Shown piece after piece: positions 47,260-58,374 of a stretch of DNA of 64,000 nucleotides. The translations under genes and the position numbers were made by a program. Every line of letters starts with the position of its first letter. Positions within the stretch are counted from its first letter, which is position 1. Under the pieces are notes generated by a model. The model was given only the letters and a program-made list of their open reading frames with translations, searched no databases and was not told where the DNA came from. The DNA comes from an uncultured Mageeibacillus sp. (GTDB taxonomy: Bacteria; Bacillota; Clostridia; Saccharofermentanales; UBA5734), in the NCBI GenBank assembly GCA_964528645.1, contig CAZGSR010000008.1:1024-65023 (forward strand), read 5' to 3'.

Positions 47260-48728
47260 ATGAGTACTACCAGTGCAATGACAGCCGGCAAATCTGTCGC
47301 AATTGAGTACAACCGGGCCAAGATCTGGCAAATCGCCCTGTTCGTCATGAACAACACTGCCACCAACACAGCCATGCTGCTCCTTGGCTATTATGCTTTC
47401 TACACCCAGAACGTCCTCGGCCTCGCCGCTGTTGTTTCGGCCTGATCGCCACCCTGATGCGCGTCTGGGACGGCATCACCGACCCGATCATCGGCTATCT
47501 GCTCGACAAGACCAACGGCCGCTTCGGCAAGTTCCGCCCCTTCATGCTCATCGGCAACATCATCATCATCACCACCATGGTTGCCATCTTCCACATCCCC
47601 GGCGAATGGGCCACCCTCACCAAATACCTCGCCACCACAGTCCTCTACGTCGTCCACATCATCGGCTACACCTTCCAGACTGCCTGCACCAAAGGCGCCC
47701 AGGCTGCCCTGACCAATGACCCCACCCAGCGCCCGATCTTCACCTGGTTTGACGCCATCTTCAACCTGATCCTGTTCAATGGCGCAACCTTCCTGATCAC
47801 CAAGGTCATGGCTCCTTCCTATGCCCAGAATATGATCGATCCCCAGCTCTTCAAGGATATCTCCTACATCTTCGCCGCCCTCTCCTTCGTCCTGACCATC
47901 CTGGCCATCATTGGCATCTGGCAGAAAGACCGCACCGAATACTTTGGTCTCGGTGAGAGCACCGTCAAGATCAAATTCAGCGACTATAGCGAAGTCATCA
48001 AGAACAACCGTCCCCTGCAGATGCTGATCGTTGCTGCTTCCACTGACAAGCTGGCCAACGTTGCTGTCCGCGGCGGCCTGATCTACTTCTTCTCCAACCT
48101 GATTCTCGATGCTTCCGTCTACGGCACTTACTCCCTTTACGCCATGGTCCCCAGCTTCCTGATCACCACCGTGGGTGTCGCCTGGTCCCGTAAAGTCGGC
48201 ATCAAAAAGGCTTTCGTCCTCACCACCTGGCTCTCCACCCTCATGCTGGTAGGTTTGATCGTCTTCACCCCAGCTGTCATCGGCCAAGGTGTCACCGGCG
48301 CCGTCATCGCCGTCCTTTCCCTCTTTGCTGTCCAGCAAGGCATGGGCGCAATCGCTGGCAACATCGTCATCCCGATGATCGCCGACTGCTCCGACTACGA
48401 AACCTACCGCACCGGCCGCTTCATCCCCGGCATGATGGGCACCCTCTTCTCCTTCGTTGACAAGCTCATCTCCTCCGCTTCGACCTTCATCATCGGTGCC
48501 GCGATCGCTTGGGCCGGGTTCGGCAACGTCAAGATCGAGCCAAACAAAGCCACCAACTCCAAGTTCGAAATGGCCATTCTCTTCGTCATCTTCGGCCTGC
48601 CTTTGATCGGCCACATCGCCTCGATCATTGCGATGAAGTTCTATGAGCTGACAGCTGAGCGCATGCACGAGATCCAGCATGAGATTCACCTGCGCAAGGT
48701 CGGCAAAGCTGGCAAAGTTGAAGCCTGA
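47260..48728 (+). pseudogene. GPH/MFS glycoside or uronate:cation symporter with a 1-bp frameshift near 47437
   Basis: ORF 47260-47445 and ORF 47457-48728 join into one transporter (...LGLAAVV|GLIATLMRVWDGITDP) if one base is restored in GTTGTTTCGGC. Confidence 0.8.
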
Positions 48729-48859
48729 AGCCAAGTCATGATCCAACCTGTTTCCGGCATGCCCCTCTGATAGACACTGGCCTGGCTTCACCATAAACCA
48801 GGCCAGTGTCATTTGTTGTCAGCAAGATCGACATCCAGCCTTCAAGGAGATACACCGCT

Positions 48860-49750
48860 ATGAATCCTTTTGGAAAACCCCTGAGTCAACTCGAAAAGCA
48901 ACACGACCATCTCGTTTGTATCGACAGCGATGGCACTGTCTTCGATGTCATGGAGATCAAGCACAAGGAATGCTTCTGCCCAGCCTTCATCAACAATTTC
49001 GGCCTGCAGGCTGTCGCCAAATATGCCCGCGAGTGCTGGGATTTCGTCAACCTGTATTCCGTTGACCGCGGCTGTAATCGTTTCATCGGGCCCTTGAAAG
49101 CCATTGCGCTGCTGGCAGAGCGTCCCGAAGTCAAAAAGCGCGGCTTTGCCATTCCGGATCTGTCCAGTCTCGAGCAATGGGTCAACACAGAAACCCGCCT
49201 GGGCAACCCGGCCCTGAAAGACGCCATCGCCAAAACCCAGGACCCTTTACTGGAAAAAGCGCTGGCTTATTCACTCGATGTCAATGAGGCCGTTGACAAA
49301 ATCGTCCATGGCATCCCGCCCTTCCCCGGTGTCCGGGAATCCCTGGCCCAAAGTGCTGCCCAGGCAGATGTCGTGGTCATCTCGGCAGCTGCCCAGGAAA
49401 CCATCACCCGGGAATGGACCGAACACGGTCTGTTCGATCATCTCAGTGCGCTGGCAGGTCAGGAAGTCGGTAACAAGACCGCCCAGATCCGCCAGGCAAT
49501 CGAAGGACGCTATGAGACGGACAAAGTCCTCATGATCGGGGACGCCCTGGGAGACCTGGAGTCGGCCAAAGCCAACGGCGTCCTGTTCTTCCCGATCCTG
49601 CCTGGCAAAGAAGACGAGTCCTGGCAGCTGTTCCATGACGAAGCTTTTACCAAATTCCTCGCTGGATCCTACGCTGGCCCTTATGAAGCCAGCCTGATCG
49701 AGACGTTCAAGGAATGCCTTCCTTCTACACCGACCTGGAAACACGATTAA
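48860..49750 (+). CDS. HAD-superfamily hydrolase
   Basis: DSDGT motif I, VISAA motif II, MIGDALGD motif IV. Confidence 0.88.
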   Translation: MNPFGKPLSQLEKQHDHLVCIDSDGTVFDVMEIKHKECFCPAFINNFGLQAVAKYARECWDFVNLYSVDRGCNRFIGPLKAIALLAERPEVKKRGFAIPDLSSLEQWVNTETRLGNPALKDAIAKTQDPLLEKALAYSLDVNEAVDKIVHGIPPFPGVRESLAQSAAQADVVVISAAAQETITREWTEHGLFDHLSALAGQEVGNKTAQIRQAIEGRYETDKVLMIGDALGDLESAKANGVLFFPILPGKEDESWQLFHDEAFTKFLAGSYAGPYEASLIETFKECLPSTPTWKHD

Positions 49751-49829
49751 AGGTGAACTGAAACGAGTGCAAGAACAGGTCAGGAAGCGCACTGTCCTGG
49801 CCTGTTTTTTTGCATGTTCCTACCCATGA

Positions 49830-49860
49830 AAAAGCCCGGGGGATGCAAACCCGGGCTTTT
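49830..49860. terminator. Bidirectional terminator
   Basis: AAAAGCCCGGG...CCCGGGCTTTT between convergent genes. Confidence 0.75.
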
Positions 49861-49912
49861 CAAAGGGGAGGTATGGAGGATGGTCTTTGATGGAGGCTGG
49901 AATTGCAGGAAA

Positions 49913-50938
49913 TCAGCGCTGGACGCGACCGGAAGCATCGCCCTGGGCGAGTTTTGTCACTTCATCGACGCTGACCAGATTGAAGTCTCCCTCGATGGAG
50001 TGTTTGAGACAGGACGCTGCGACGGCATATTCAATGCTGTCCTGGGAACTGTAATCGTTCAGCAGCGCATAGATCAGGCCGCCACCGAAACTGTCACCAC
50101 CGCCGACACGGTCGACGATGTGAACCAGGTAATTCTTGGAGAAACAATAATCCTTGCCGTCATAGAGCAGGGCTGCCCAGTTATTGTCATTGGCTGAGAT
50201 CGATCCACGCAGGGTAATGGCTACCTTTTTGAAGCCAAAGGTTTCAGCCAGCTGGCGGGCGACATCGCGGTAGCCCTCATGACTGAGGTGTCCACCCGTG
50301 ATATCGGTGGCTGCGGCCCGGATGCCAAAGACATCGGCGGAGTCTTCTTCATTGGCAATGCAGACATCGATGTAAGGGGCAAGGCCCGTCATGACCTCGC
50401 GGGCCTGCTCTTTGCTCCACAAATTCTTGCGGTAGTTGAGGTCACAGGAGACCGTGACACCGAGTCGGCGGGCAGCCTGGACGGCGGCCAGGGTCAGGGC
50501 AGCTGCTTTCTCGCCCAGCGCGGGGGTGATGCCGGTGAAATGGAACCAGTCCGCTCCAGTCAGGATGGCATCCCAGTCGAATTCGGCCACTTCGGCTTCA
50601 GCGATGGCAGAATGGGCGCGATCATAGATGACTTTGGATGGACGCTGGGAAGCTCCTTTTTCCAGGAAATAGATGCCAACCCGGTTGCCGCCGCGGACGA
50701 TGTGCCGGGTCCCGACGCCATAGCGGCGCAACGAATTGACGGCTGCCTGGCCGATTTCATGCTTGGGCAGTTTGCTGACGAAATCCGCTTCCAGACCAAA
50801 ATTGGCCAGGGAGACAGCGACATTGGCTTCACCGCCGCCAAAGGTCGCACCAAAGGTGCTGGCCTGGGCAAACCGTTCGTAGCCAGGGGGCGCCAGACGG
50901 AGCATCAATTCACCGAAAGTGACGACACGCTTGCTCAT
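49913..50938 (-). CDS. kdgK: 2-keto-3-deoxygluconate kinase (PfkB family)
   Basis: FGELMLRL, GGGEANVA, DRVGGGDSF. Confidence 0.93.
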   Translation of the reverse strand: MSKRVVTFGELMLRLAPPGYERFAQASTFGATFGGGEANVAVSLANFGLEADFVSKLPKHEIGQAAVNSLRRYGVGTRHIVRGGNRVGIYFLEKGASQRPSKVIYDRAHSAIAEAEVAEFDWDAILTGADWFHFTGITPALGEKAAALTLAAVQAARRLGVTVSCDLNYRKNLWSKEQAREVMTGLAPYIDVCIANEEDSADVFGIRAAATDITGGHLSHEGYRDVARQLAETFGFKKVAITLRGSISANDNNWAALLYDGKDYCFSKNYLVHIVDRVGGGDSFGGGLIYALLNDYSSQDSIEYAVAASCLKHSIEGDFNLVSVDEVTKLAQGDASGRVQR

Positions 50939-51585
50939 TTGCTTTCACCTCTTGCCTGCTGGATGATGGCCACAGATTGGCGGCACAGGTCGCTGATCTT
51001 GTCCCATTGCTGGTTGTTGATCAATTCGTCGGTGACCATGTACGAGCCACCACAGGCGACGATGCAGGACTGGCTTAAATAGCTGGCCAGGTTTTGCAGG
51101 TTGATACCGCCGGTGGGCATGAATTTGACCATGTTGAAGGGAGCGCTCATGGCCTTGATCCGGGCCAGGCCCCCGGCTTGTTCGGCTGGGAAGAACTTGA
51201 CCGTCGAAAGGCCCAGGCTGAGGGCCTCTTCGATTTCGGTCGGTGTGATGCAGCCTGGGAAAATCGGCAGGCCCAGCTTCTGGCAGGCGGCAACGGTTTT
51301 GGGGTTCAGGCCGGGCGACACGATGAACTGGGCGCCGGCAGCATGGGCTTTTTCCACTTGCTCGATCGTAAGGACGGTGCCAGCTCCGACCAGCATGTCC
51401 GGGAATTGCTCGCGCATGATCCGGATCGCACGATCCGCGCCTTCGGCCCGGAAGGTGATTTCGGCAGCAGGTACTCCGCCGGCCACCAGGGCCTGGGCCA
51501 GGGGTGCTGCGTCGGTATCCGGACGGTCCAGCTTGATCACGGGCAGAATGCCGATGGATGCAACTTTTTGTGTAATGGGGTCCAT
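50935..51585 (-). CDS. eda: KDPG/KHG aldolase
   Basis: EITFR, GAGTV, FIVSPG, KFFPA, FMPTGGI. Confidence 0.95.
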   Translation of the reverse strand: MDPITQKVASIGILPVIKLDRPDTDAAPLAQALVAGGVPAAEITFRAEGADRAIRIMREQFPDMLVGAGTVLTIEQVEKAHAAGAQFIVSPGLNPKTVAACQKLGLPIFPGCITPTEIEEALSLGLSTVKFFPAEQAGGLARIKAMSAPFNMVKFMPTGGINLQNLASYLSQSCIVACGGSYMVTDELINNQQWDKISDLCRQSVAIIQQARGESK

Positions 51586-51617
51586 TTTTCTATCTCCTTG
51601 TGATCTCTTTCATGAAA

Positions 51618-52658
51618 TCAGGCTTTGGACAGGGTTTCCCAGATGCCGGTCAGGTACGATGCGCCGAGGGCACGGTCATACAGGCCATAGCCTGGCTTGC
51701 CGGTTTCGCCCCAGATCATGCGGCCATGGTCCGGACGGATGTAACCATCAAAACCGTTCTTGTAAAGGGCCTTCACAATGGCAACCATGTCGAGCGAACC
51801 ATAGGAGGACAGATGGGCGGATTCTTCAAAACTGCCATCGTCCAGTAATTTGACGTTGCGGATGTGCATGAAATGGATGCGGCCCATGGCAGCATATTTG
51901 TCGACCAGATACGGGATGTCGTTGAAACTGCCGCTACCCAGGGAGCCGGTACATAAGGTCAGGCCATTGTAAGGGCTGTCCACAATCTTGAGGAAACGAT
52001 CGAGGCTTTTTTCGCAATTGATGATGCGCGGCAGGCCGAAAATCGAAAATGGCGGATCATCGGGGTGGATGGCCATCTTGACACCGGCTTCTTCGGCCAC
52101 AGGGATGATGGCCTTGAGGAAGTAGGCCAGGTTTTCCCAGAGCTTTTCCTCATCAACCTCTTTGTAAAGGTCAAAGAGGCGCTGGAGATCTTCTTTTGCG
52201 TAGGAACTATCCCAGCCGGGAAGAGAAAGCTCACCGGTGAGCGGATCCATTTTCTTTAAATCCTCGACATAGTAGACGAGCGCGGTGGAACCATCGGGCA
52301 GCTCTTTTTCGAGCTGGGTGCGGGTCCAGTCAAAAACAGGCATGAAATTATAGCAGATGACCTTGACCCCCGCCTGGCTGAGACGGCGGATGTTTTCGCA
52401 ATAATTGGCAATGTACTGGTCACGGGTGGGCAGGCCCAGCTTGATGTCCTCGTGGACCGGAACACTTTCAATTACGTCGAAATGCAGACCATTGGCCTCA
52501 ATATCCTGCTTCAGGGCAGCGATGCTTTCATGGCTCCAGACCTCGCCAACAGGCACATCGTAGACAGCAGTGACGATCGAGTGCATGGATGGAATCTGGC
52601 GGATGTAGGCAAGGGAGACCGGGTCCTGCGGACCATACCAGCGAAAAGACAGTTTCAA
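51618..52658 (-). CDS. uxuA: D-mannonate dehydratase
   Basis: TTG start at 52658 (MKLSFRWYG); [30 protein letters not shown]. Confidence 0.96.
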   Translation of the reverse strand: MKLSFRWYGPQDPVSLAYIRQIPSMHSIVTAVYDVPVGEVWSHESIAALKQDIEANGLHFDVIESVPVHEDIKLGLPTRDQYIANYCENIRRLSQAGVKVICYNFMPVFDWTRTQLEKELPDGSTALVYYVEDLKKMDPLTGELSLPGWDSSYAKEDLQRLFDLYKEVDEEKLWENLAYFLKAIIPVAEEAGVKMAIHPDDPPFSIFGLPRIINCEKSLDRFLKIVDSPYNGLTLCTGSLGSGSFNDIPYLVDKYAAMGRIHFMHIRNVKLLDDGSFEESAHLSSYGSLDMVAIVKALYKNGFDGYIRPDHGRMIWGETGKPGYGLYDRALGASYLTGIWETLSKA

Positions 52659-52762
52659 GGGGCTATACCTCACTTTTATTTGATTTTTGATCCGGGAAGG
52701 GGGCTCCTGCAAGCGATTATCGGCCTGCAGGGGGCCCTCTTCACGGTCGATCGACAATTTGA

Positions 52763-54364
52763 TTATAAATATTTCACCAGAGTGGCGCGAATGGCACCGG
52801 GGCCGGCGACCAGTTCGTTGAAGTAGCGGATGACCAGCGGGGCGATCCCCTGGGCGACCAGGTCTACACCAAAGATGCGGTCATTGGCCAGGATCGGCAG
52901 CAGGGTTTCTTCGAACGGGCCCTTGCTGCCGAGCTCGATGCCAGCCAGTTTGGCCTGGAGTTCTTCGAGCATCGGGTCGGGGGAGAGTTGCATGGCCTGG
53001 CCCTGGTCATCGACTCCAAGCAGGTAACGCAGCCAGCCAGCAAAGAACAGCGGGATGTACTTGAGATTCTTCTCCTCACCCTGGCCACGCTTGATGTAGG
53101 CCTTCAGGGTCTGGCCAAAGCGGACGGGAATCTTTTGGGAAGTGTCGGTGGCGATGCGCTGCGGAGCATCCGGCAAGTAGGGGTTCGGGAAGCGGACTTC
53201 GATGACCGTGCGGATGAAATCCATCGGCTTGATGACACCAGGATCGACCACGACGGGCATGCTCTCGTCATAGCCGACTTTCTCGATGAAGGCCTTCAGC
53301 TGCGGGTCAGCAGCGATGTCGGCGATGGTCGGCAGGTTTAACAGGCAACCATAGATGGCCATGATGGTGTGCAGGGGATTGAGGCAGGTGGTGACTTTCA
53401 TCGTCTCGATCTTGTCGACCGTCTCGCGGTCAGTGAACAGGACGCCGCCATTTTCCAGGGCCGGACGGCCATTGGGGAACCAGTCCTCGACGACCAGGTA
53501 CTGGGTCGGTTCGGCGTTGACAAACGCTGCCGTGAAGGTGTTCTTGGCGGTGATGATCAGGTCCGTGTCTTCGAAGCCGTCTGCTTCAAGGGTCTTTTTG
53601 ACGACGTCGGAGGGGCGGGGGGTGATTTTGTCGATCATGCTCCAGTTGAAGGAGACTTTCTCCGGATTGTTCAGGTAGCCGGCAAAGCCCAGTTCCACCA
53701 GGCCGCGTTTCTGCCACTCGTTGACAAACGTCATGACGGCATCGTAGAGCATGGTTCCGTTGTGAGAGCAGTTGTCCATGCTGACCAGGGCAACCGGCAG
53801 CTGTCCGGCCAGATAGCGCTGGTACATCAGGTAAGCCAGGAGGCTGACCAGGCTGGAAGCTTTCTTTTCAGGCAGGGCTTCGAAATCAGCAGCAATCCAT
53901 TTGAGGTAAGTACCATCGGCACCTTTGACCGAGTAGCCTTTTTCGGTGATGGTGAAACTGACCATTTGCAGCGAAGAGGCCTGGAAAATCCGGATCATTT
54001 CAGCCATGTCCGTGCTCGGTTTGACGGTGCGAACGACACTGGCGACGACTTCTTTTTCCAGGGAACCGTCGGAGTTGAGCGACACGGTCACGCTCAGGTT
54101 ATCAAAAGGCGTGTAAGCTTTGTCGAGGATTTCCTCATCAAAGGCCTCGCCAACGATGATGCCGCGATCGCACAGGCCCTGGTTCAGCAGCTTCTGGTGC
54201 ACGGTGGCAGGGAATGCGCGAAAGATGTTGCCCGCACCGAAGTGGAGCCACATCGGTGCGGCCACGGTCCGGGCGCGTACCGCTTCGATATCGAACTGGG
54301 GCAGCTGGTACCCTTTGGCCAGCCATTGTTCCTGGTTTTGCAATTCCTTGAGATTCAACTTCAT
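52763..54364 (-). CDS. uxuB: D-mannonate oxidoreductase / fructuronate reductase (mannitol dehydrogenase family)
   Basis: [38 protein letters not shown]. Confidence 0.9.
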   Translation of the reverse strand: MKLNLKELQNQEQWLAKGYQLPQFDIEAVRARTVAAPMWLHFGAGNIFRAFPATVHQKLLNQGLCDRGIIVGEAFDEEILDKAYTPFDNLSVTVSLNSDGSLEKEVVASVVRTVKPSTDMAEMIRIFQASSLQMVSFTITEKGYSVKGADGTYLKWIAADFEALPEKKASSLVSLLAYLMYQRYLAGQLPVALVSMDNCSHNGTMLYDAVMTFVNEWQKRGLVELGFAGYLNNPEKVSFNWSMIDKITPRPSDVVKKTLEADGFEDTDLIITAKNTFTAAFVNAEPTQYLVVEDWFPNGRPALENGGVLFTDRETVDKIETMKVTTCLNPLHTIMAIYGCLLNLPTIADIAADPQLKAFIEKVGYDESMPVVVDPGVIKPMDFIRTVIEVRFPNPYLPDAPQRIATDTSQKIPVRFGQTLKAYIKRGQGEEKNLKYIPLFFAGWLRYLLGVDDQGQAMQLSPDPMLEELQAKLAGIELGSKGPFEETLLPILANDRIFGVDLVAQGIAPLVIRYFNELVAGPGAIRATLVKYL

Positions 54365-54439
54365 GCTCTTACCTCATTTCATGGTTCATGATGGTTCCGG
54401 CACGCTTCCACTCTTCCGGACCAGATGCTCTTTTTCTCA

Positions 54440-54503
54440 ATTATAGGATTTACACCTTGCCAGAGCTGTGTGTTTCTTGCTCAGGGGGTGGTAATAATTG
54501 CTC
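54440..54503 (-). promoter_or_regulatory. Activator-type promoter of uxuB with a GAGCAA 21-bp tandem repeat
   Basis: GAGCAA at 54503-54498 and 54482-54477; TATAAT at 54445-54440; no recognisable -35. Confidence 0.6.
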
Positions 54504-54596
54504 TTCATGTGGCTCGAAATTGTAAAAAAAAACCAGCCTCCTTGTGAAGGACTGGTTTAAAGGTTAAGTTTCCTGGTCCTATCGACCCATCGGGTT

Positions 54597-55475
54597 TCAC
54601 ACTTCCTCAACCACACCATGGGCAACATAATCGTAGTACTGGCGCGGTGTCATGTTGTACTCATTCCTGAAAGCCCGGAAAAAGTTGGAGTAATCGCCGA
54701 ACCCAGCTTTCTGGTAGACTTCGGTGATCGGAATATTCTTCAGGATCAACTCTTTGGCCCGGATCAACTTTTTCTGGATGATGTACCGGTGCAGGGTCGT
54801 CCCGGTCTGGTTCTTGAACTCTCGGCACAAATGGAATTTGCTGAGAAAGAAAACCTCGGTCAGGTTGTCGATTTTAATTTCTTCTTCAATATGCTCGCCA
54901 ATATGTTCAATCACGGCGTCAATCAGGCGATCTTTGCGCACCTCGATCTTCGGCCGCTGTTTGACCAGGGTGATCTCTTCATTCAGGAAAAGCAGGATCT
55001 CGAGCAAGTAAGTCCTGGGATACAGGTCCTGGCCAAACCCAGTGTAGCTTTTCAAGTTAAGGAGCTTGTTGAGCAAACCGCGGAAGTGCTGCTGTTGGTC
55101 GACATCCGTCCGGATGACGTTGCGGTGCTGCGGGCCCTCAAAGCACAAAGCCAGATCGCTCTGCTCTGTCGACAGCTCCTTGAGAAAATTCCGGTTGAGC
55201 CAGAGGACGATCCGTTCATAGGGCTTGTCGAGATCATGGATAATCGTCTGGTGCAATTCACTGGTATTCATCAGGACGATGTCCCCGGGTTTGAGATCGT
55301 AGTTGCGGCCTTCGATCTGGGAGGTGACACGGCCCTCAATCAGGAAATAGACCTCGAAAAAGTCATGGTGGTGCAAATGGATGCTGGTCATGCCCCGGTC
55401 AAAATAGTGATAGATTTCGTAATCGCTGCTCATCATGTGCTGTCGGGTCTGGAATCGCTGTCGGCCGTTTTTCAT
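54597..55475 (-). CDS. AraC-family transcriptional regulator with cupin sensor domain
   Basis: LHHHDFFEVY cupin; C-terminal double HTH (SKFHLCREFK...GFGDYSNFFRAF). Own promoter TTGCAA-17-TAAAAT at 55573-55545. Confidence 0.92.
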   Translation of the reverse strand: MKNGRQRFQTRQHMMSSDYEIYHYFDRGMTSIHLHHHDFFEVYFLIEGRVTSQIEGRNYDLKPGDIVLMNTSELHQTIIHDLDKPYERIVLWLNRNFLKELSTEQSDLALCFEGPQHRNVIRTDVDQQQHFRGLLNKLLNLKSYTGFGQDLYPRTYLLEILLFLNEEITLVKQRPKIEVRKDRLIDAVIEHIGEHIEEEIKIDNLTEVFFLSKFHLCREFKNQTGTTLHRYIIQKKLIRAKELILKNIPITEVYQKAGFGDYSNFFRAFRNEYNMTPRQYYDYVAHGVVEEV

Positions 55476-55601
55476 TCCATTAACCTGCTCTCTTGCCCTG
55501 CTGCTGGATTTTTCAGCAGCTAGCCCCAATCAACAACTCATTAAATTTTAAGCAAGATGAGCAAGATTTGCAAGGATATGACCGGACATTAATCAATTCT
55601 C

Positions 55602-56840
55602 TTATCTGACTGTTTTAAGGAGTCGCGGTGCAACCAGAAAAGCCAGGATGGCAACGACCAGGGCGGTGACAAAAACGGCTTCCAGCTGCAGCCGCTTGGC
55701 CATGTAACCCAGCAGAATCGTTCCGGCACCAATGCCGAGGTCCAGCGCCAGATAGAACGTGGCATTGGCCCGGCCACGGGCCTGGGGTGGACAACGTTTG
55801 AAAACCACTGTATTCATCAGGGGAAAGGCCAGGCCAAAGCCAGCACCATAAAGGACTGCAGAGCTGTAGAACAGGATCGGGTGGCAGGAGGCTATCAGAA
55901 TAGCAAGGGCAGGTATCAGCCAACCGATCGCCAGACGAACCAGACGGAGGGTGGACAGACGGCTCACAAGGGCTGGCATAACTAAGCGGACGGCTAAGAC
56001 TGCGCCAGACTGGATGGCAAAATAGGTCCCTGCAGATCCGAGGTTTTTCGTCTGGGCCAGAATCGGCATGAAACCGAGCAAGGCACCATAGGTGATCGCC
56101 AGGAAAAGCATCACAGAAGCGGGTGCCACGGCCGTCGGTTCAATCAGAGAAGAGATCTTGCGCTGCCGGCTGCTCTTTGAAGCGTCTGCCTGGTGCAGGT
56201 CAATGGGCAAAGATTCTGTATCGTGTTCTGAAGCAATGTGGCGAGACCCTGTCTGGCGGCCAAAAAGAGCGGGGATGATCACAACCGTCAAAACGCTGGT
56301 CACCAAGATGGTCTTGAAAAAGACCGGATAGCCGAAGCTTTGGGCAATGGTCAGGCCTGCAACGGGGCCCAAGGCATTGGCCAGGGACCCTGTGACCGTG
56401 TAGATGGCAATGCCAGAGCCCAGGCGCTGCGGATGAAGGACATCAGCGATCATGGCTCCGGCGACTGTCGAGACCAGGCTGAAGCCCAAGCCCTGGACGA
56501 TACGCGCGGCAATCAGCCAGACCAGCGATCCCTGATAGAGCAGCATGGCAACTCCGGCTGTGAATAAGGCTGTTCCGGCCAGATAGAGTCCAGGTTTGGA
56601 CAGACGATCGATGATCTGTCCGGCAAAAGGCCGTCCCAGCATGGCAGCCAGGGCAAAGGCCCCCACCATCGCACCCGCGCTGGATGTAGAGTCATAGGCA
56701 CCGACAACATAGAGGGGCAGATTGGTCGACAAAGACAGCTGCACCAGTCCGATTAAAAAGCTGATCAGAGTGATGATCGAGAAAGCCGGTGTCCAGAGGC
56801 GCAGTGTGCCAGCTGGCTGCAAACCCGAGATTTCAGCCAC
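55602..56840 (-). CDS. MFS transporter
   Basis: About 12 TMs; GRPFAGQIIDRL, RIVQGLGF. Confidence 0.88.
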   Translation of the reverse strand: MAEISGLQPAGTLRLWTPAFSIITLISFLIGLVQLSLSTNLPLYVVGAYDSTSSAGAMVGAFALAAMLGRPFAGQIIDRLSKPGLYLAGTALFTAGVAMLLYQGSLVWLIAARIVQGLGFSLVSTVAGAMIADVLHPQRLGSGIAIYTVTGSLANALGPVAGLTIAQSFGYPVFFKTILVTSVLTVVIIPALFGRQTGSRHIASEHDTESLPIDLHQADASKSSRQRKISSLIEPTAVAPASVMLFLAITYGALLGFMPILAQTKNLGSAGTYFAIQSGAVLAVRLVMPALVSRLSTLRLVRLAIGWLIPALAILIASCHPILFYSSAVLYGAGFGLAFPLMNTVVFKRCPPQARGRANATFYLALDLGIGAGTILLGYMAKRLQLEAVFVTALVVAILAFLVAPRLLKTVR

Positions 56841-56844
56841 GTGC

Positions 56845-58242
56845 TCAGACCAGTTTCAGGTAGCGGCCGATGTTGCGGAAGCAGACACCCTCGATGATTT
56901 CCTGCTCGATGGCTTCTGTTGCCGTGAATTCGCCATTGTCGATGTGTTCACCGACAAACTGGCACAGGACACGGCGGAAATAATCATGCCGGGTGTAGGA
57001 CAAAAAGCTTCTGGAATCAGTGAGCATGCCAACAAACCAGGGCAGCATGCTCTGGGCGGCGATCGCCTTGATATGCTCATACATGCCGTCTTTCGTATCA
57101 TTGAACCACCAGGCTGAACCAAACTGGACCTTGCCGGGCATGATACCATCGGCGAAGCAGTGTGGCAGGGTGGAAAGGACCAGGTTATCCTTGCTGTTCA
57201 ATGAGTACAGGATCGTCGCCGGCAATGCTCCGGCAACCTCCAGGCGGCCCAGAAACTGGGCTAGCGGCTCGGCGACCGGGAAGTCATTCATGATGTCAAA
57301 TCCAGCGTCTGCCCCAAGGCTCTGGAATTTCACCGGGTTGTTGTTGCGCAGGGCACCAATATGCAGTTGCATGACCCATTCATGTTCGTGGTAGAGCTTG
57401 GCCAGTTCGGTCAGGGTCTGGCTGCGGAAAGTTGCAATCTGGGCTGGTGTGAGGATGGCTCCGGACAGGCGGGCTTTGAGCACGGCGTCAGCTTCCGCTC
57501 TGCTCGATTCCGGCAGGTCCAGTTTTTCCAACGAATGGTCGGACATCAGGCAACCGGCTTCATCGAAGAATGCAACACGATTGCGGATGGCATCGAGCAG
57601 CGTCGCGTAATCGGTGATACCTGCCAATCCGGCCCGTTCAGAGAGCAGCCCAAGATAGTCCCGGTAATCAGGCAAATGGATGTTCAAGATCCGGTCCGGG
57701 CGGAAAGTCGGTACAACTGTGCAGACACTGTCAGGCCGGCGGGCCAATTCAAGATGGCTTTCCAATGTGTCAGTCGGATCATCAGTGGTACCGATCAGGC
57801 GAACATTGGACTGATGGATCAAGTCAGAGGGACGCAGGTGCCGCTCCCGGATCTGGCGATTACAGGTCTCATAGATCTCATCAGCAGTCGCTTCGCTCAG
57901 TTGGTCGGTGATGCCAAAATAGGTCTTCAATTCGAGGTAAACCCAGTGGTACAAGGGGCTTCCGACCAGCCGGGCCACGGTATGGGCAAAAGCGCGGAAT
58001 TTCTCCAGCGGGGAGCCATCGCCCGTGACCAGACGTTCCGGTACGCCAGCAAAGCGCATGGCACGCCATTTATAATGGTCGTGTTTCAGCCACATGTCAC
58101 TGATGTCGGAAAATTCCTTGTCCTCCAGGATTTCTTTGGCCGACAGGTGGCAATGGTAATCGAAAACAGGGGCATGTTCGGCGTAGCGGTGATACAAACG
58201 GCGGGCTGAGGGTGTGGTCAGCAACATCTCTGGTGAAAGCAT
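56845..58242 (-). CDS. uxaC: Uronate isomerase
   Basis: DYHCHLS, DHYKWRAMR, TTDDPTD, GSAWWFND, LTDSRSFLSYTRH. Confidence 0.96.
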   Translation of the reverse strand: MLSPEMLLTTPSARRLYHRYAEHAPVFDYHCHLSAKEILEDKEFSDISDMWLKHDHYKWRAMRFAGVPERLVTGDGSPLEKFRAFAHTVARLVGSPLYHWVYLELKTYFGITDQLSEATADEIYETCNRQIRERHLRPSDLIHQSNVRLIGTTDDPTDTLESHLELARRPDSVCTVVPTFRPDRILNIHLPDYRDYLGLLSERAGLAGITDYATLLDAIRNRVAFFDEAGCLMSDHSLEKLDLPESSRAEADAVLKARLSGAILTPAQIATFRSQTLTELAKLYHEHEWVMQLHIGALRNNNPVKFQSLGADAGFDIMNDFPVAEPLAQFLGRLEVAGALPATILYSLNSKDNLVLSTLPHCFADGIMPGKVQFGSAWWFNDTKDGMYEHIKAIAAQSMLPWFVGMLTDSRSFLSYTRHDYFRRVLCQFVGEHIDNGEFTATEAIEQEIIEGVCFRNIGRYLKLV

Positions 58243-58282
58243 GTAAATCCTCCTGATCAATCATCAACGGATCAATGTATCT

Positions 58283-58352
58283 AGTATCAATGGCTGGTAA
58301 AGGTCCTGGTGATGCAAATTTGCTGGTTAGCATGCAAATCTTGCTGGTTGCA
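58283..58352 (-). promoter_or_regulatory. Activator-type promoter of uxaC with a CAGCAA 21-bp tandem repeat
   Basis: Near-perfect 20-bp tandem repeat 58313-58352 containing CAGCAA at 21-bp spacing; -10-like GATACT 37 nt after the start of the second copy. Confidence 0.55.
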
Positions 58353-58374
58353 CCCGGCCCTGAAAGGAATCTGG

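Noticed and set aside
43599-48812. Long antisense ORFs (43599-45029, 47400-48812; also 5289-6497, 19557-20552, 53369-54391, 54618-55523)
   Set aside because: Shadow frames opposite well-supported genes with strong codon bias; no recognisable motifs or RBS.
52670-52760. GC-rich hairpin between uxuB and uxuA as a REP family or riboswitch
   Set aside because: Single copy with no U-tract or recognisable aptamer; most simply an mRNA-stabilising or processing stem.
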